Source: Eledone cirrhosa
Lineage: Eukaryota
Assembly (NCBI GenBank): GCA_964016885.1
Contig: OZ024746.1
Location: 24,304,001 to 24,368,000, forward strand
Direction: 5' to 3'
Length of the DNA: 64,000 nucleotides
Shown here one piece after another: positions 28,100 through 40,500 of this stretch. The notes under the pieces were generated by a model. It was given only the letters and a program-made list of their open reading frames with translations, had not been told where the DNA came from and ran no database searches. Each line of letters starts with the position of its first letter. Within the stretch, counting starts at the first letter, position 1. The position numbers and the translations under genes are program-made.

Positions 28100-28729
28100 T
28101 CCCTCTCTCTCTCTCTGGAAGAGATCTACTGTGTACAGACCTGGAGAGAAGATGGGCTCCGCCAAGCTTAAAATGCCCCCCCAAACGCTATATGACACTA
28201 CTGCGCTCCTACGACTCCAACAGGCGTTGCGGGACCAAAGAAAAAATAAAGAACCTGTAATTTCATATATCAGCCTTCTCACACACCGTGTCACATTGTT
28301 TTCCCTGAGAACTACATTCAGAGTACACGTGTCTGTGGAATGCTCAGTCACTTTACCTTAAATCACGAGCAAGTTGTTCCAACTGGAACATCCATTGTAA
28401 AAATCGATAGAAGTCTAACAACAGCTTATTAATTAATTTAAAATAATATTCATTAAGGTTCTCATCCTTTAAAACATAAATTTTAATGTCGAAAGCAGGA
28501 AACCATAACTACCTAGTCTTTTTTTAGAAATATCTCTGATTATATTGTGACCTTGTTTAAGATGTGTTGTGATTCAAGGCAAAGATTTGGCTGCTATTTC
28601 TAACATATTTAGCAAATCCGGAGAAGCTCTTATTATGCGTTTGATGTTGTTGGCTGTTTAGCCCCAGGTCAACCCTGATTCAGCAGATCTATGATCAAAG
28701 ACATTTCACAATATTTCCTTGTGTCTGTT

Positions 28730-29055
28730 TTCACCGTTCAGCAAAGATGTCACTGACTAACAGACTATTGAGGGCCAGAGGTGTGTTTCCACTGCTCAAC
28801 TAAGGTGACATTGGCTAACACACTGCTGAGGGCTCGAGGTATATTTTTTTACTGCTCAGCTAATGTGACACTGATTAACAGACCGCTAAATGCTGAGGGC
28901 TGGAGGTGTGGTTTTCATTGCTCAGCTAAGGTGACATTGGCTAACACACTGCTGAGGGCTCAAGGTATATTTTTTTACTGCTCAGCTAATGTGACACTGA
29001 CTAACAGACCGCTAAATGCTGAGGGCTGGAGGTGTGGTTGCTCAGCTAAGTGACG
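28730..29055. repeat. 126-bp tandem repeat made of related 60- and 66-bp subunits
   Basis: ctgctca(g/a)ctaa(g/t)gtgaca(t/c)tg...gctgagggct recurs about 5 times; the dimer repeats twice. Confidence 0.85.
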
Positions 29056-29949
29056 ATCTATTTTAGTTTCAATCTGTGTGTGGTTTAGTTTTTTCGTGAC
29101 TCTTTCAGCTGTTTCTTTATATTTTACCCCAACCTAGTAACCCACTGAACATTCCCCAATTGCCAGTACGGTTAGTTCACCTCCGCTTAGGTGATTTATT
29201 AACCTGGAGATATTCCAAGAAGACAGTACTTGAACTCTCTCTAAAGAGGTTATTTACTATTAGTTTCGTAAAAAAAAAAAAAAAAAAATGATTTATGTCA
29301 CAAACAAGGCAGATGCAATTAACGATTTATAATTTAAACACAGTTTGAGGAGAGGAGAGAAAAGTCGATTAAATGGACTCCAGTACTTGACCTCAAAAGG
29401 ATGAAATGCAAAGTTAACCTCAACGAGGTTTGAACTCAGAACGTAAAGGAACGTAGCTCTGTGCCACAAAGCATGTTGTCCAATGCTCTCACAATACTGC
29501 CAATCCATAATAATAATAATTGTTTCTACTTTTGGCACAAGGCCAGCAATTATCCCAGTGCATTACTGGTACTTTATTTTATCGACCCCGTAAGGATGAA
29601 AGGCAAAGTTAACCGCGGCGGGATTTGAACTCAGACCATAAAGGGCCGTAACTCAATGCAATAATGAATTGTTTATGCTGCGAAGCATTTTGTCCGACAC
29701 TCTAACGATTGTTCCAATCCACCAGTCTAGAGGTATAACTAATAACATCTAGTCGGTGGGAATATTTACAATAGCTATTAAAATCATTAGAATTGAAACA
29801 TCACTTCAGTGTAATGGATGCTGTTGTTTTGCTGTTGTTTCTGTTCATTGTTCATTGTGTAAAACCTGTTTTAAAGTTTACGAGCACTCAGATTACACTT
29901 TGTCAACAAGTGATTCCACGGGGTAAGCTCAAATCAGAAACCATACAAA

Positions 29950-30515
29950 CAGTAACTACAACAGCAACAACAACAACAACGACGACAACGACAACGACGA
30001 TGAAAATTCGAAGAAAAATGACAGCAGCAGCAGCAGCAACAACAACAACAACAAAAAGGACGACAACCACAAGATCGACAACAACAAAAAGGACGACAAC
30101 CACAAGATCGACAACAACAAAAAGGACGACAACCACAAGATCAACAACAACAAAAAGGACGACAACCACAAGATCGACAACAACAAAAAGGACGACAACC
30201 ACAAGATCGACAACAACAAAGACTACTTAGGCAATGACAACAACAACGACAATAGTAACGACAGCAACAAGAACAACGATAACAGCAGCAACAATGGCAA
30301 CACCAACAATTACGGAATTGAACAAGCAACAATAAGAACATCAACAATGCCAACAATAACAACAACAACAGCAACAACAATAACAACACGAACAATAACA
30401 ACAGCAAAAAAGCAATGCCAACAACATCAACAATGCCAATAACAACATCCACAATGCCAACAACAATAAGATCAAGAGTGTCAACACCAATAACAACAAG
30501 AACAACAATAACATA
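29950..30515. repeat. (ACA)n-rich low-complexity tract containing a 33-bp minisatellite (5 copies, about 30050-30220)
   Basis: acaacaacaaaaaggacgacaaccacaagatcg repeated in tandem. Confidence 0.9.
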
Positions 30516-30626
30516 ACATTTCCTCTGGCATATAGCAAGTTCGTGACAAGCCAAATCAAAGCCACACAACACGTATCCTGTGATGAGGAATCAGAATTTA
30601 TAGTTTCTCAGCTATATTTTGAGTCA

Positions 30627-31187
<561 letters not shown>

Positions 31188-31200
31188 GCATACAAATATG

Positions 31201-31231
<31 letters not shown>

Positions 31232-31235
31232 TTTC

Positions 31236-31445
31236 GTGAAGGTGCATGGATTAGTGATTAGAGAGGTGGATTCATAATCGTGAGGTTGTGAGCTCGATTC
31301 CCGGACTAGGTTGTTCGTTGTGTCCTTGAGTAGGACACAACGAATCGTTACTCCCGTTCAATCAGCTGTAGAAATGAGTTGTGACGTCATTGGCACCAAG
31401 CTATATCGGCCTTTGTCTTCCCTTGGGCAACACTGGTGGCGTGAA
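31236..31445 (+). mobile_element. tRNA-derived SINE family B
   Basis: gtgaaggtgcatggattagtgattag...gagctcgattcccggac...ttgtgtccttgagtaggacac. Confidence 0.75.
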
Positions 31446-31661
31446 GAGAGATGACAAGTATGCCAGTTGGTTTTTACCCGTAAAATCTGTTATAAAAACA
31501 ACGAGCTTTCTGAGTGTGCATCTACCAAATTCATTCACAAAGCATTGGTAAGCCCGAGGTTATGGCAGAAGACACTTACTCAAGGTACCATACAGTAGGA
31601 TCGAACCAGAACTGTATACTTTAGAAGCGAATTTCTAAAACCACACAGACATCCTCTGTTT

Positions 31662-31689
<28 letters not shown>

Positions 31690-31697
<8 letters not shown>

Positions 31698-32618
31698 AAA
31701 CAGAGGATGTCTGTCTGTGTAGATCCCTAAAACTCGAGAAGTACCCGACCGATTTTTTTGAAACTTGTGCAATGGGCTAAAATTTTAACTTTTTCTTCCC
31801 TAGGACCCGCATTAGGCGAAAAACCGCATTTTAAAGGCATTTTTAGGTTTTTTTGAGGCGTAACTTAAAGATAATGCAGCCGATTTCCTCGAAATTTGCA
31901 GCACACTTTAGTTAGTCTCCTCACATTAATGGTTTCTAGGAAATTTACGAATTAGCATTGGGCATTACATGCCATTTTCATTTTCAATAGAAACGCTACT
32001 TAAACATCGTAAGTAGCGTATAATATTTCGTTAAAAATTTGCTTTATTTAACAGAGGACACAATACTTACTTTTAAGCAGGACCATTTTCGAGGGATTGA
32101 GGAAATGAAGAGGACCTAAAATTTTTGTCAGCGCCGTGTTAACGCTTCGTTCTTTCATCACGTGCAAATCCGGGCCCTGTGTACGTTGCTGTGTTATTGA
32201 CACCGTAAAACTCACGCCTGTGCTACTTCTACTAATGCCCCTTTTATTACACCTACACCGCAGTATGAACACCCTATGCAAGTATACCGAACAGCGGTTG
32301 TGCTAATTCCGCGGTGACCCCTTTTGTTGCACCTTTGTTACTGTGTAAACGCAGTGAAACCAGTGCCGCCCAGCATTTGTGCTAATTGCACTATGACCCC
32401 TTCTGCTGAGGCTGCGTTGCCACGCTGATTTCGTCATCTCAATATCCCCACTTAAACGTACATCTCTACTTGGTTTTCGCTCAATTGACCACGTCGCTCC
32501 TCAATCATTCCCTGAGAATAAGGGAATTCAAAAGTAGACAGCCACATTCCTCAATCTTTGCATATGCGTGTTGCTATTTCACGTTTCCTACCCAGTGCAA
32601 CGCCGGGTCCTGCTGCTA

Positions 32619-32619
<1 letters not shown>
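31690..32619 (+). mobile_element. Non-autonomous Helitron related to 3147-4054
   Basis: Same 5' end (tataaaacagaggatg...ccctaaaactcgagaagtaccc) and 3' end ccc-agtgcaacgcc-ggg...CTAG|T, but a different internal sequence. Confidence 0.8.
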
Positions 32620-32657
<38 letters not shown>

Positions 32658-32662
<5 letters not shown>

Positions 32663-33426
32663 ATGAGAAGAAAGAATACTGCGTGGTTGCACATGTGTTA
32701 CATATGATAAAAATAGTCCTTCATCAGTGATTTTCCAACCTTCATTGGTATTTCATCGTTTTAAAAATCATATACCTCCAGTTTGTGCGAGCAATAGCTA
32801 AATAAAGCTTTTGGGACAAGTAAATCGCGTAAAGCGAGCGAGACAAGTAAACAAACATAGAAGGATAGCAACGCAAAGATAGGAAAAAACAAGCACATGG
32901 GAGTCCGATGAGCTTTAGCTGTGTGGATTTCATGGGCGAGAGACTACAGACCGTCCGATGCGAGTGAGGTGTGAGCAGGAAAAGACCCCACTACAGGCCA
33001 AACGGGAGGAAGTGAGAAGGGGAGAAGCAGAGAGTGAGTGAGTGGAAGTGCGAGGAAGAGGCCAGTCGAGAGAAAGTGTAACTGACAGAGCGGGCGAAAG
33101 AAGGTGAGAGAAACAGAGAGAGCAGGGAAGCAGTAAGAGAGAAACAGACAAACGCAGCTGGGGAAAATATATATAAAAAACATGAGAAGAAAGAATACTG
33201 CGTGGTATTTCTCAAACTACAAACATATCCTGGTGTGTGTGTATATATATATATACAAAAAGTTATGAAACAAAAGGAGCTGTGTGGTTACTAAAAACAA
33301 AGTTTAGGATGGTGGTTAGGACGGAACAGGAGGAGAAAGGAAGAAAGGAGTTTCCATCGTCAGCTGTAAATGTTTCCCGAACCGATGTTTCGGCGCGCAA
33401 TTTTCAATTTGTCAAGCTATTTAAAC

Positions 33427-33479
<53 letters not shown>

Positions 33480-33808
33480 CACCTCACAATGTATAGTAAA
33501 GTTAGGGTATATATGTATGTACATTTCTATGTGTTTGAGGACATCAAAATGCAAACATATCCTGGTGTGTATATATATTCAGCGCCGAAACATCGGTTCG
33601 GGAAACATTTACAGCTGACGATGGAAACTCCTTTCTTCCTTTCTCCTCCTGTTCCGTCCTAACCACCATCCTAAACTTTGTTTTTAGTAACCACACAGCT
33701 CCTTTTGTTTCATAAATTTTTGTATATATATATATATACACACACACCAGGATATGTTTGTATTTTGAGAAATACCACGCAGTATTCTTTCTTCTCATGT
33801 TTTTTATA

Positions 33809-33815
<7 letters not shown>
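32658..33815. mobile_element. Composite element with a 29-bp direct repeat and a roughly 230-bp inverted repeat (probable Penelope-like pseudo-LTR remnants)
   Basis: aaacatgagaagaaagaatactgcgtggt at about 32659 and 33178; 33168-33396 is nearly the reverse complement of 33582-33812. Partial hammerhead motifs CTGATGAAGG (minus, about 32718-32727) and ccGAAAcatcggtt. Confidence 0.6.
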
Positions 33816-33875
<60 letters not shown>

Positions 33876-33920
33876 AAATAACAGGAGGTTGGACTGGTGT
33901 AAATCCTTGAAAGGTTTATT

Positions 33921-33978
33921 ATACTGTGATCATTTCAATGACCGGGTTCCATATGAATCCGGTGATATCATCAGGTAT
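33921..33978 (-). ncRNA. Degenerate type I hammerhead motif (family H2)
   Basis: Minus strand reads atac-CTGATGA-tatcaccggattc atatg gaacccggtcatt-GAAA-tgatca-CA-gtat then aataaa. U16.1 appears mutated to C. Confidence 0.55.
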
Positions 33979-34172
33979 TGGAATATAACAAAGGAATATG
34001 TAAAAAACCATGGGTCCGAAAAATCAGAGACAGAGACAAAGAGGACGACTGACCAACTAGCTGCTTTCACCTCGGCCAGTCGCCCTCAAAGTGATGGCAA
34101 CTCAATCTACTAATGACCATCTGGTGAGGGGGCGAAGGCTTATAATGCACTACCACCTCTCCGTCAAAGAAA

Positions 34173-34203
<31 letters not shown>

Positions 34204-34419
34204 TAAAACTTTATTTTATCATGAGTTAAGGCTCTATTGATTTTTCCCTGAATTTCACTAAATTCTGTTGGATGAATCTATATCCAGATTCTTTTTGAAT
34301 TGAGTTTGAATTATTTTCCCACATCTTACGTTAAGTATTTTTCCCATTTTGACGCTATAGTCACTTATATATTATGGAATACTGTGTGCCTCTTGCTCAT
34401 AATAATTTCTATACTTTCC

Positions 34420-34455
<36 letters not shown>

Positions 34456-34507
34456 GTAAGTATGTATGTATACGTACATACATATATGTATACAGACGTA
34501 CAGTAGC

Positions 34508-34589
<82 letters not shown>

Positions 34590-34673
34590 AAAAATTGAAC
34601 AGGGACAGAACAGAGAGGCAGTACGACAAATGTTTATTAGATTCACGCTCAGGAGAGTGGGGGGTAGGTGGAG

Positions 34674-34706
34674 GACGACGTTTCGGGCATAAGCCCTTCT
34701 TCGGGT
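34674..34706 (-). ncRNA. Hammerhead-like motif variant (family H3)
   Basis: Minus strand reads CCGAAGA-a-gggc ttat gccc-GAAAC gtc GTC, followed by aataaa and (TA)n. U4 is C and stem I does not pair. Confidence 0.5.
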
Positions 34707-35022
34707 AAGAGTTCAAAAGGTGTGTAGGGGAGTGGTGGAGAGACATATAGCGAAAGGAAACGGTGCGAATGAAAAATTAACAAATAAAGACAAAAATATA
34801 ATAAATAATAAATAAAAATAAAGCATGATCAAAATACAAGGAATGAGAATATATATATATACATACAGGCACACATATATATATGCACGTATCAGTTTAC
34901 CGAACATTTATTATAATGTTCGCTTTGTTCGTTTGTAAACAAACGAACAGCTGATTTACGCCGTACAGTGTTCAGGCCGTACTAAGAGTGAGAAATGAAA
35001 TTTCGTTTCATTCTATTCCATT

Positions 35023-35109
<87 letters not shown>

Positions 35110-35129
35110 ATATTTATATATATATACAT

Positions 35130-35318
35130 AACGAATGAGATGTGGTAAGGAACCAGGTGGACCATAACGCACCAAAGTACTCAATACTTGAGGTAGTAGA
35201 GTGGGTAATAGGAACCAGTAAGACCCCGACAGCTGAGCTCAAGCCGTTTCGACGGCTAATTGAGTCCAGATTTAGCCGTCGAAACGGCTTGAGCTCAGCT
35301 GTCGGGGTCTTACTGGTT

Positions 35319-35322
<4 letters not shown>
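35130..35322 (-). mobile_element. Fold-back half-hammerhead element, copy 3
   Basis: Homolog of 5843-6046 lying between two (TA)n tracts. Confidence 0.7.
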
Positions 35323-35359
<37 letters not shown>

Positions 35360-35682
35360 CAGAAATAGAGTGTGAAACAAAGAATCAGCCACACACATAG
35401 GCATGTATATAAAATTAATTTATTTGGCTTTTCATTTCCATTCTTTCCCAACTTTTAAATCTTAGCTTCTCACATTTATATATCACACCAAATTAATATT
35501 GAATATATTTACATATTTTAAGTAACTGTAACAAGCATAACAAACCATCCGATATATTTTTATCTAAATTATACATATACTGAATAAAACAGACTGTAAT
35601 TTCTCCTAATTCGGGTAAATTTATTGTAATTTGTTCATTCGTGAAATATTTCCGGAGTGTCAAGGTTCAATATTAGAATAAT

Positions 35683-35869
35683 TGTTTCTACTTTAGGCAC
35701 AAGGCCAGCAATTACCCAGTGCATTACTGGTACTTTATTTTATCGACCCCGTAAGGATGAAAGGCAAAGTCAACCTCGGCGGGATTTGAACTCAGATCGT
35801 AAAGGGACGTAACTATGCTGGAAAGCATGGCGTCCGACTCTCTACCGATACTGCCAATCCACCGCTCTT
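35683..35869 (-). mobile_element. Full-length SINE family A with 17-bp TSD
   Basis: ttcaatattagaataat at 35666-35682 and 35870-35886 flanks the SINE. Confidence 0.9.
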
Positions 35870-37054
35870 TTCAATATTAGAATAATGACAGGGTTTATGT
35901 TGAGTTTACGATAACAGCTGTGGCTGAATACATAATGGCCGTGGCTCTCATCAAATTAATCTCTTAATCACTTGAAGAGTTGTTTGTCCCTATCTTGTTA
36001 CCATAGCAACTGATTGAATTATTGAGTGTCGGTTCCATAACAACTAACTTAATCATAACGGCCCTATTTTAATTTTAAACAAGCGCATGGTTTAGTTGTT
36101 AAGATGTTGGGTTCGAGATCATAAGATGAATGGTTTGATCGGAGATGAGATATGTTGTTTAAGATCTACCAACTATAAACAAGGTCATCCAGTACATGTA
36201 GACTACGATCCAACAACAGAAACGTTTAGCTGCTTGATAGTTAGCCTTGATTTTCACCTTTTTTTATCTTATTTATGTTCCTTTTGCCTCCTGTTATCCT
36301 TCTCCCCCTCCCCCCCTCTCTCTGTTTCTTTATTATAAAGGGCATTAGAACTTTCTCCTAGTCTGTCATGGCTTATTAGCTCTATACAGACATATAAAAT
36401 TATATAAATAAATAAATAAATTATTCCCGATCTTGGTAGCATATTGTGTCCCGAAGCAAGAACCTTTACTTCATGTTGCTCCATTCACTCAGCTGCGAAA
36501 GCACTAGTGCCAAACTGTATTACCTTTTACTTGGACAATATTGGTGGCACGGAGACTGGCGTATTTGGGCAATTGCTGGTTTTCCCCAAAACACCTTGCC
36601 CGTGCTTGTGTCTGGGAGAGGAACTTTCCAGGTATAAACCATGTCAGTTATAACTGTGTGGAGGCGGAGTGGCTATATTTTAGATAATATAACTACTGAT
36701 AGTCCTGGACATATAAGAGGTGGTAGGGTCAACCGATACATCATCCCGGGGCCCTGAATGCCCATGAGGAACTCGTGAATGTCTGACGTCTAAACACTAT
36801 TAAAAAAAAAACATTTTTGCCCACTTGAATATTGAGAGGAGCTGACCCATCCACACACACGCAGGACCATTCTTGTGGTGAAAAATTACTGGATGGCAAT
36901 TCAAATTGGGAGGGTGGGGTGAGTGAACTTGGGAATTCAAGGTGAGGAATGTGGCCTGGGTTTCTGAGAATCACTGGACTATACAATTATTGAGATTTCA
37001 AAAGTTTGTTGGTGATAATATGGTGGTGTAAAGGAAACATTATTAGCTGACAAT

Positions 37055-37243
37055 ATGGCGGTGGATTGGCAGTATCGGTAGAGGGTCGGACGCCATGTTT
37101 TGCAGCACAGTTACGTCCTTTTACGGACTGAGTTCAAAACCCGCCGAGGTTAACTGTGCCTTTCATCCTTAAGGGGTCGATAAAACAAAGTACCAGTAAT
37201 ACACTGGAATAATTGCTGGCCTTGTGCCAAAAGTAGAAACAAT
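37055..37243 (+). mobile_element. Full-length SINE family A with TSD
   Basis: tggcggtggattggcagtatcggtagag...gagttcaaaacccgcc...agtagaaacaat, flanked by tattagct(g/a)acaat. Confidence 0.85.
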
Positions 37244-37360
37244 TATTAGCTAACAATTCAGATTTGGTCAAGAATTGAGAGAAGCTGTGATTTCAAGGGG
37301 AAGAATGTAGCCTGGGTTTCTGAGAATCACTGGTCTATTGTACTCTTATTTGGTGTAGAC

Positions 37361-37585
37361 TAGGCGTGTCAAACATGCGGCCCGCGGGCCACATGCGGCC
37401 CTTTACAAGCACTCCTACGGCCCGCACAAAGGTTTTTACAGCCGAGCATGTTTTATCTTCGTAATATAAAAAAAATATATATATATTTTGTTATGTCCGA
37501 AATTACGTAGTTGTCGTGTGTGACCCTCAGACAACACATATGTGACCCATGTGGGCCTCGGGAGACCCTCAGTTTAACATACCTG
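37361..37585. mobile_element. hAT-superfamily (Charlie-like) MITE with 8-bp TSD gtgtagac
   Basis: TIRs taggcgtgtcaaac / gtttaacatacctg; subterminal gcggcccgcgggccacatgcggccc; TSD gtgtagac at 37353-37360 and 37586-37593. Confidence 0.85.
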
Positions 37586-40500
37586 GTGTAGACCACTCCT
37601 CGGGGGACCCTCAGTTTAACATGCCTGGTGTAGACCACTCCTCGGGGGACCCTCAGTTTAACATGCCTGGTGTAGACCACTCCTCGGGGGACCCTCAGTT
37701 TAACATGCCTGGTGTAGACCACTCCTTGGGGGACGTCAGTTTAACATGGCTGGTGTAGACCACTCCTCGGGGGACCCTCAGTTTAACATGCCTGGTGTAG
37801 ACCACTCCTCGGGGGACCCTCAGTTTAACATGCCTGGTGTAGACCACTCCTCGGGGGACGTCAGTTTAACATGGCTGGTGTAGACCACTCCTCGGGGGAC
37901 CCTCAGTTTAACATGCCTGGTGTAGACCACTCCTCGGGGGACGTCAGTTTAACATGGCTGGTGTAGACCACTCCTCGGGAGACCCTCAGTTTAACATGCC
38001 TGGTGTAGACCACTCCTCGGGGGACCCTCAGTTTAACATGCCTGGTGTAGACCACTCCTCGGGGGACGTCAGTTTAACATGCCTGGTGTAGACCACTCCT
38101 CGGGGGACCCTCAGTTTAACATGCCTGGTGTAGACCACTCCTTGGGGGACCCTCAGTTTAACGTGCCTGGTGTAGACCACTCCTCGGGAGACCCTTAGTT
38201 AAACATGCCTGGTGTAAACCACTCCTCGGGGGACCCTCAGTTTAACATGCCTGGTGTAGACCACTCCTCGGGGGACCTCAGTTTAACATGCCTGGTGTAG
38301 ACCACTCCTCGGGGGACCTCAGTTTAACATGCCTGGTGTAGACCACTCCTCGGGAGACCCTTAGTTTAACATGCCTGGTGTAGACCACTCCTCGGGGGAC
38401 CTCAGTTTAACATGCCTGGTGTAGACCACTCCTCGGGGGACCTCAGTTTAACATGCCTGGTGTAGACCACTCCTCGGGAGACCCTTAGTTTAACATGCCT
38501 GGTGTAAACCACTCCATGGGGGACCTCAGTTTAACATGCCTGGTGTAGACCACTCCTCGGGAGACCCTTAGTTTAACATGGCTGGTGTAGACCACTCCTC
38601 GGGGGACCTCAGTTTAACATGCCTGGTGTAGACCACTCCTTGGGGGACCTCAGTTTAACATGGCTGGTGTAGACCACTCCTCGGGAGACCCTCAGTTTAA
38701 CATGCCTGGTGTAGACCACTCCTTGGGGGACCTCAGTTTAACATGCCTGGTGTAGACGACTCCTCGGGGGACCCTCAGTTTAACATGGCTGGTGTAGACG
38801 ACTCCTCGGGGGACCTGTTTAACATGCCTGGTGTAGACGACTCCTCGGGGGACCCTCAGTTTAACATGCCTGGTGTAGACGACTCCTCGGGGGACCCTCA
38901 GTTTAACATGCCTGGTGTAGACGACTCCTCGGGGGACCCTCAGTTTAACATGGCTGGTGTAGACCACTCCTTGGGGGACCCTTAGTTTAACATGGCTGGT
39001 GTAGACCACTCCTTGGGGGACCTCAGTTTAACATGCCTGGTGTAGACCACTCCTTGGGGGACCCTCAGTTTAACATGCCTGGTGTAGACCACTCCTTGGG
39101 GGACCCTCAGTTTAACATGGCTGGTGTAGACGACTCCTTGGGGGACCCTCAGTTTAACATGCCTGGTGTAGACCACTCCTTGGGGGACCCTCAGTTTAAC
39201 ATGCCTGGTGTAGACCACTCCTTGGGGGACCCTCAGTTTAACATACCTGGTGTAGACCACTCCTCGGGGGACCTCAGTTTAACATGCCTGGTGTAGACCA
39301 CTCCTCGGGAGACCTCAGTTTAACATGGCTGGTGTAGACGACTCCTCGGGGGACCTCAGTTTAACATGCCTGGTGTAGACCACTCCTCGGGGGACCCTCA
39401 GTTTAACATGCCTGGTGTAGACCACTCCTCGGGGGACCCTCAGTTTAACATTCCTGGTGTAGACCACTCCTCGGGGGACCTCAGTTTAACATGCCTGGTG
39501 TAGACCACTCCTTGGGGGACCTCAGTTTAACATGCCTGGTGTAGACGACTCCTCGGGGGACCCTCAGTTTAACATGCCTGGTGTAGACGACTCCTCGGGG
39601 GACCCTCAGTTTAACATGCCTGGTGTAGACGACTCCTCGGGGGACCCTCAGTTTAACATGGCTGGTGTAGACGACTCCTCGGGGGACCTGTTTAACATGC
39701 CTGGTGTAGACGACTCCTCGGGGGACCCTCAGTTTAACATGCCTGGTGTAGACGACTCCTCGGGGGACCCTCAGTTTAACATGCCTGGTGTAGACGACTC
39801 CTCGGGGGACCCTCAGTTTAACATGGCTGGTGTAGACGACTCCTCGGGGGACCTCAGTTTAACATGCCTGGTGTAGACCACTCCTTGGGGGACCCTCAGT
39901 TTAACATGGCTGGTGTAGACCACTCCTTGGGGGACCCTCAGTTTAACATGGCTGGTGTAGACCACTCCTCGGGGGACCTCAGTTTAACATGCCTGGTGTA
40001 GACCATTCCTCGGGAGACCTCAGTTTAACATGCCTGGTGTAGACCACTCCTTGGGGGACCCTCAGTTTAACATGGCTGGTGTAGACGACTCCTCGGGGGA
40101 CCTCAGTTTAACATGCCTAGTGTAGACCACTCCTCGGGGGACCTCAGTTTAACATGCCTGGTGTAGACCACTCCTCGGGGGACCCTCAGTTTAACATGCC
40201 TGGTGTAGACCACTCCTCGGGGGACCTCAGTTTAACATGCCTGGTGTAGACCACTCCTCGGGGGACCTCAGTTTAACATGCCTGGTGTAGACCACTCCTC
40301 GGGGGACCTCAGTTTAACATGCCTGGTGTAGACCACTCCTCGGGAGACCCTTAGTTTAACATGCCTGGTGTAGACCACTCCTCGGGGGACCTCAGTTTAA
40401 CATGCCTGGTGTAGACCACTCCTCGGGGGACCCTCAGTTTAACATGGCTGGTGTAGACCACTCCTCGGGGGACCTCAGTTTAACATGCCTGGTGTAGACC

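Noticed and set aside
28781-29053. Cys/His-containing repeat ORF resembling a zinc finger
   Set aside because: It derives from the 126-bp tandem repeat, and the Cys/His spacing does not fit C2H2 or other known fingers.
33610-33790. Complete hammerhead assembled from CTGACGA and GAAATACcacgcaGTATT
   Set aside because: No stem II or adequate stem I links the two parts, so it is kept only as partial motifs.
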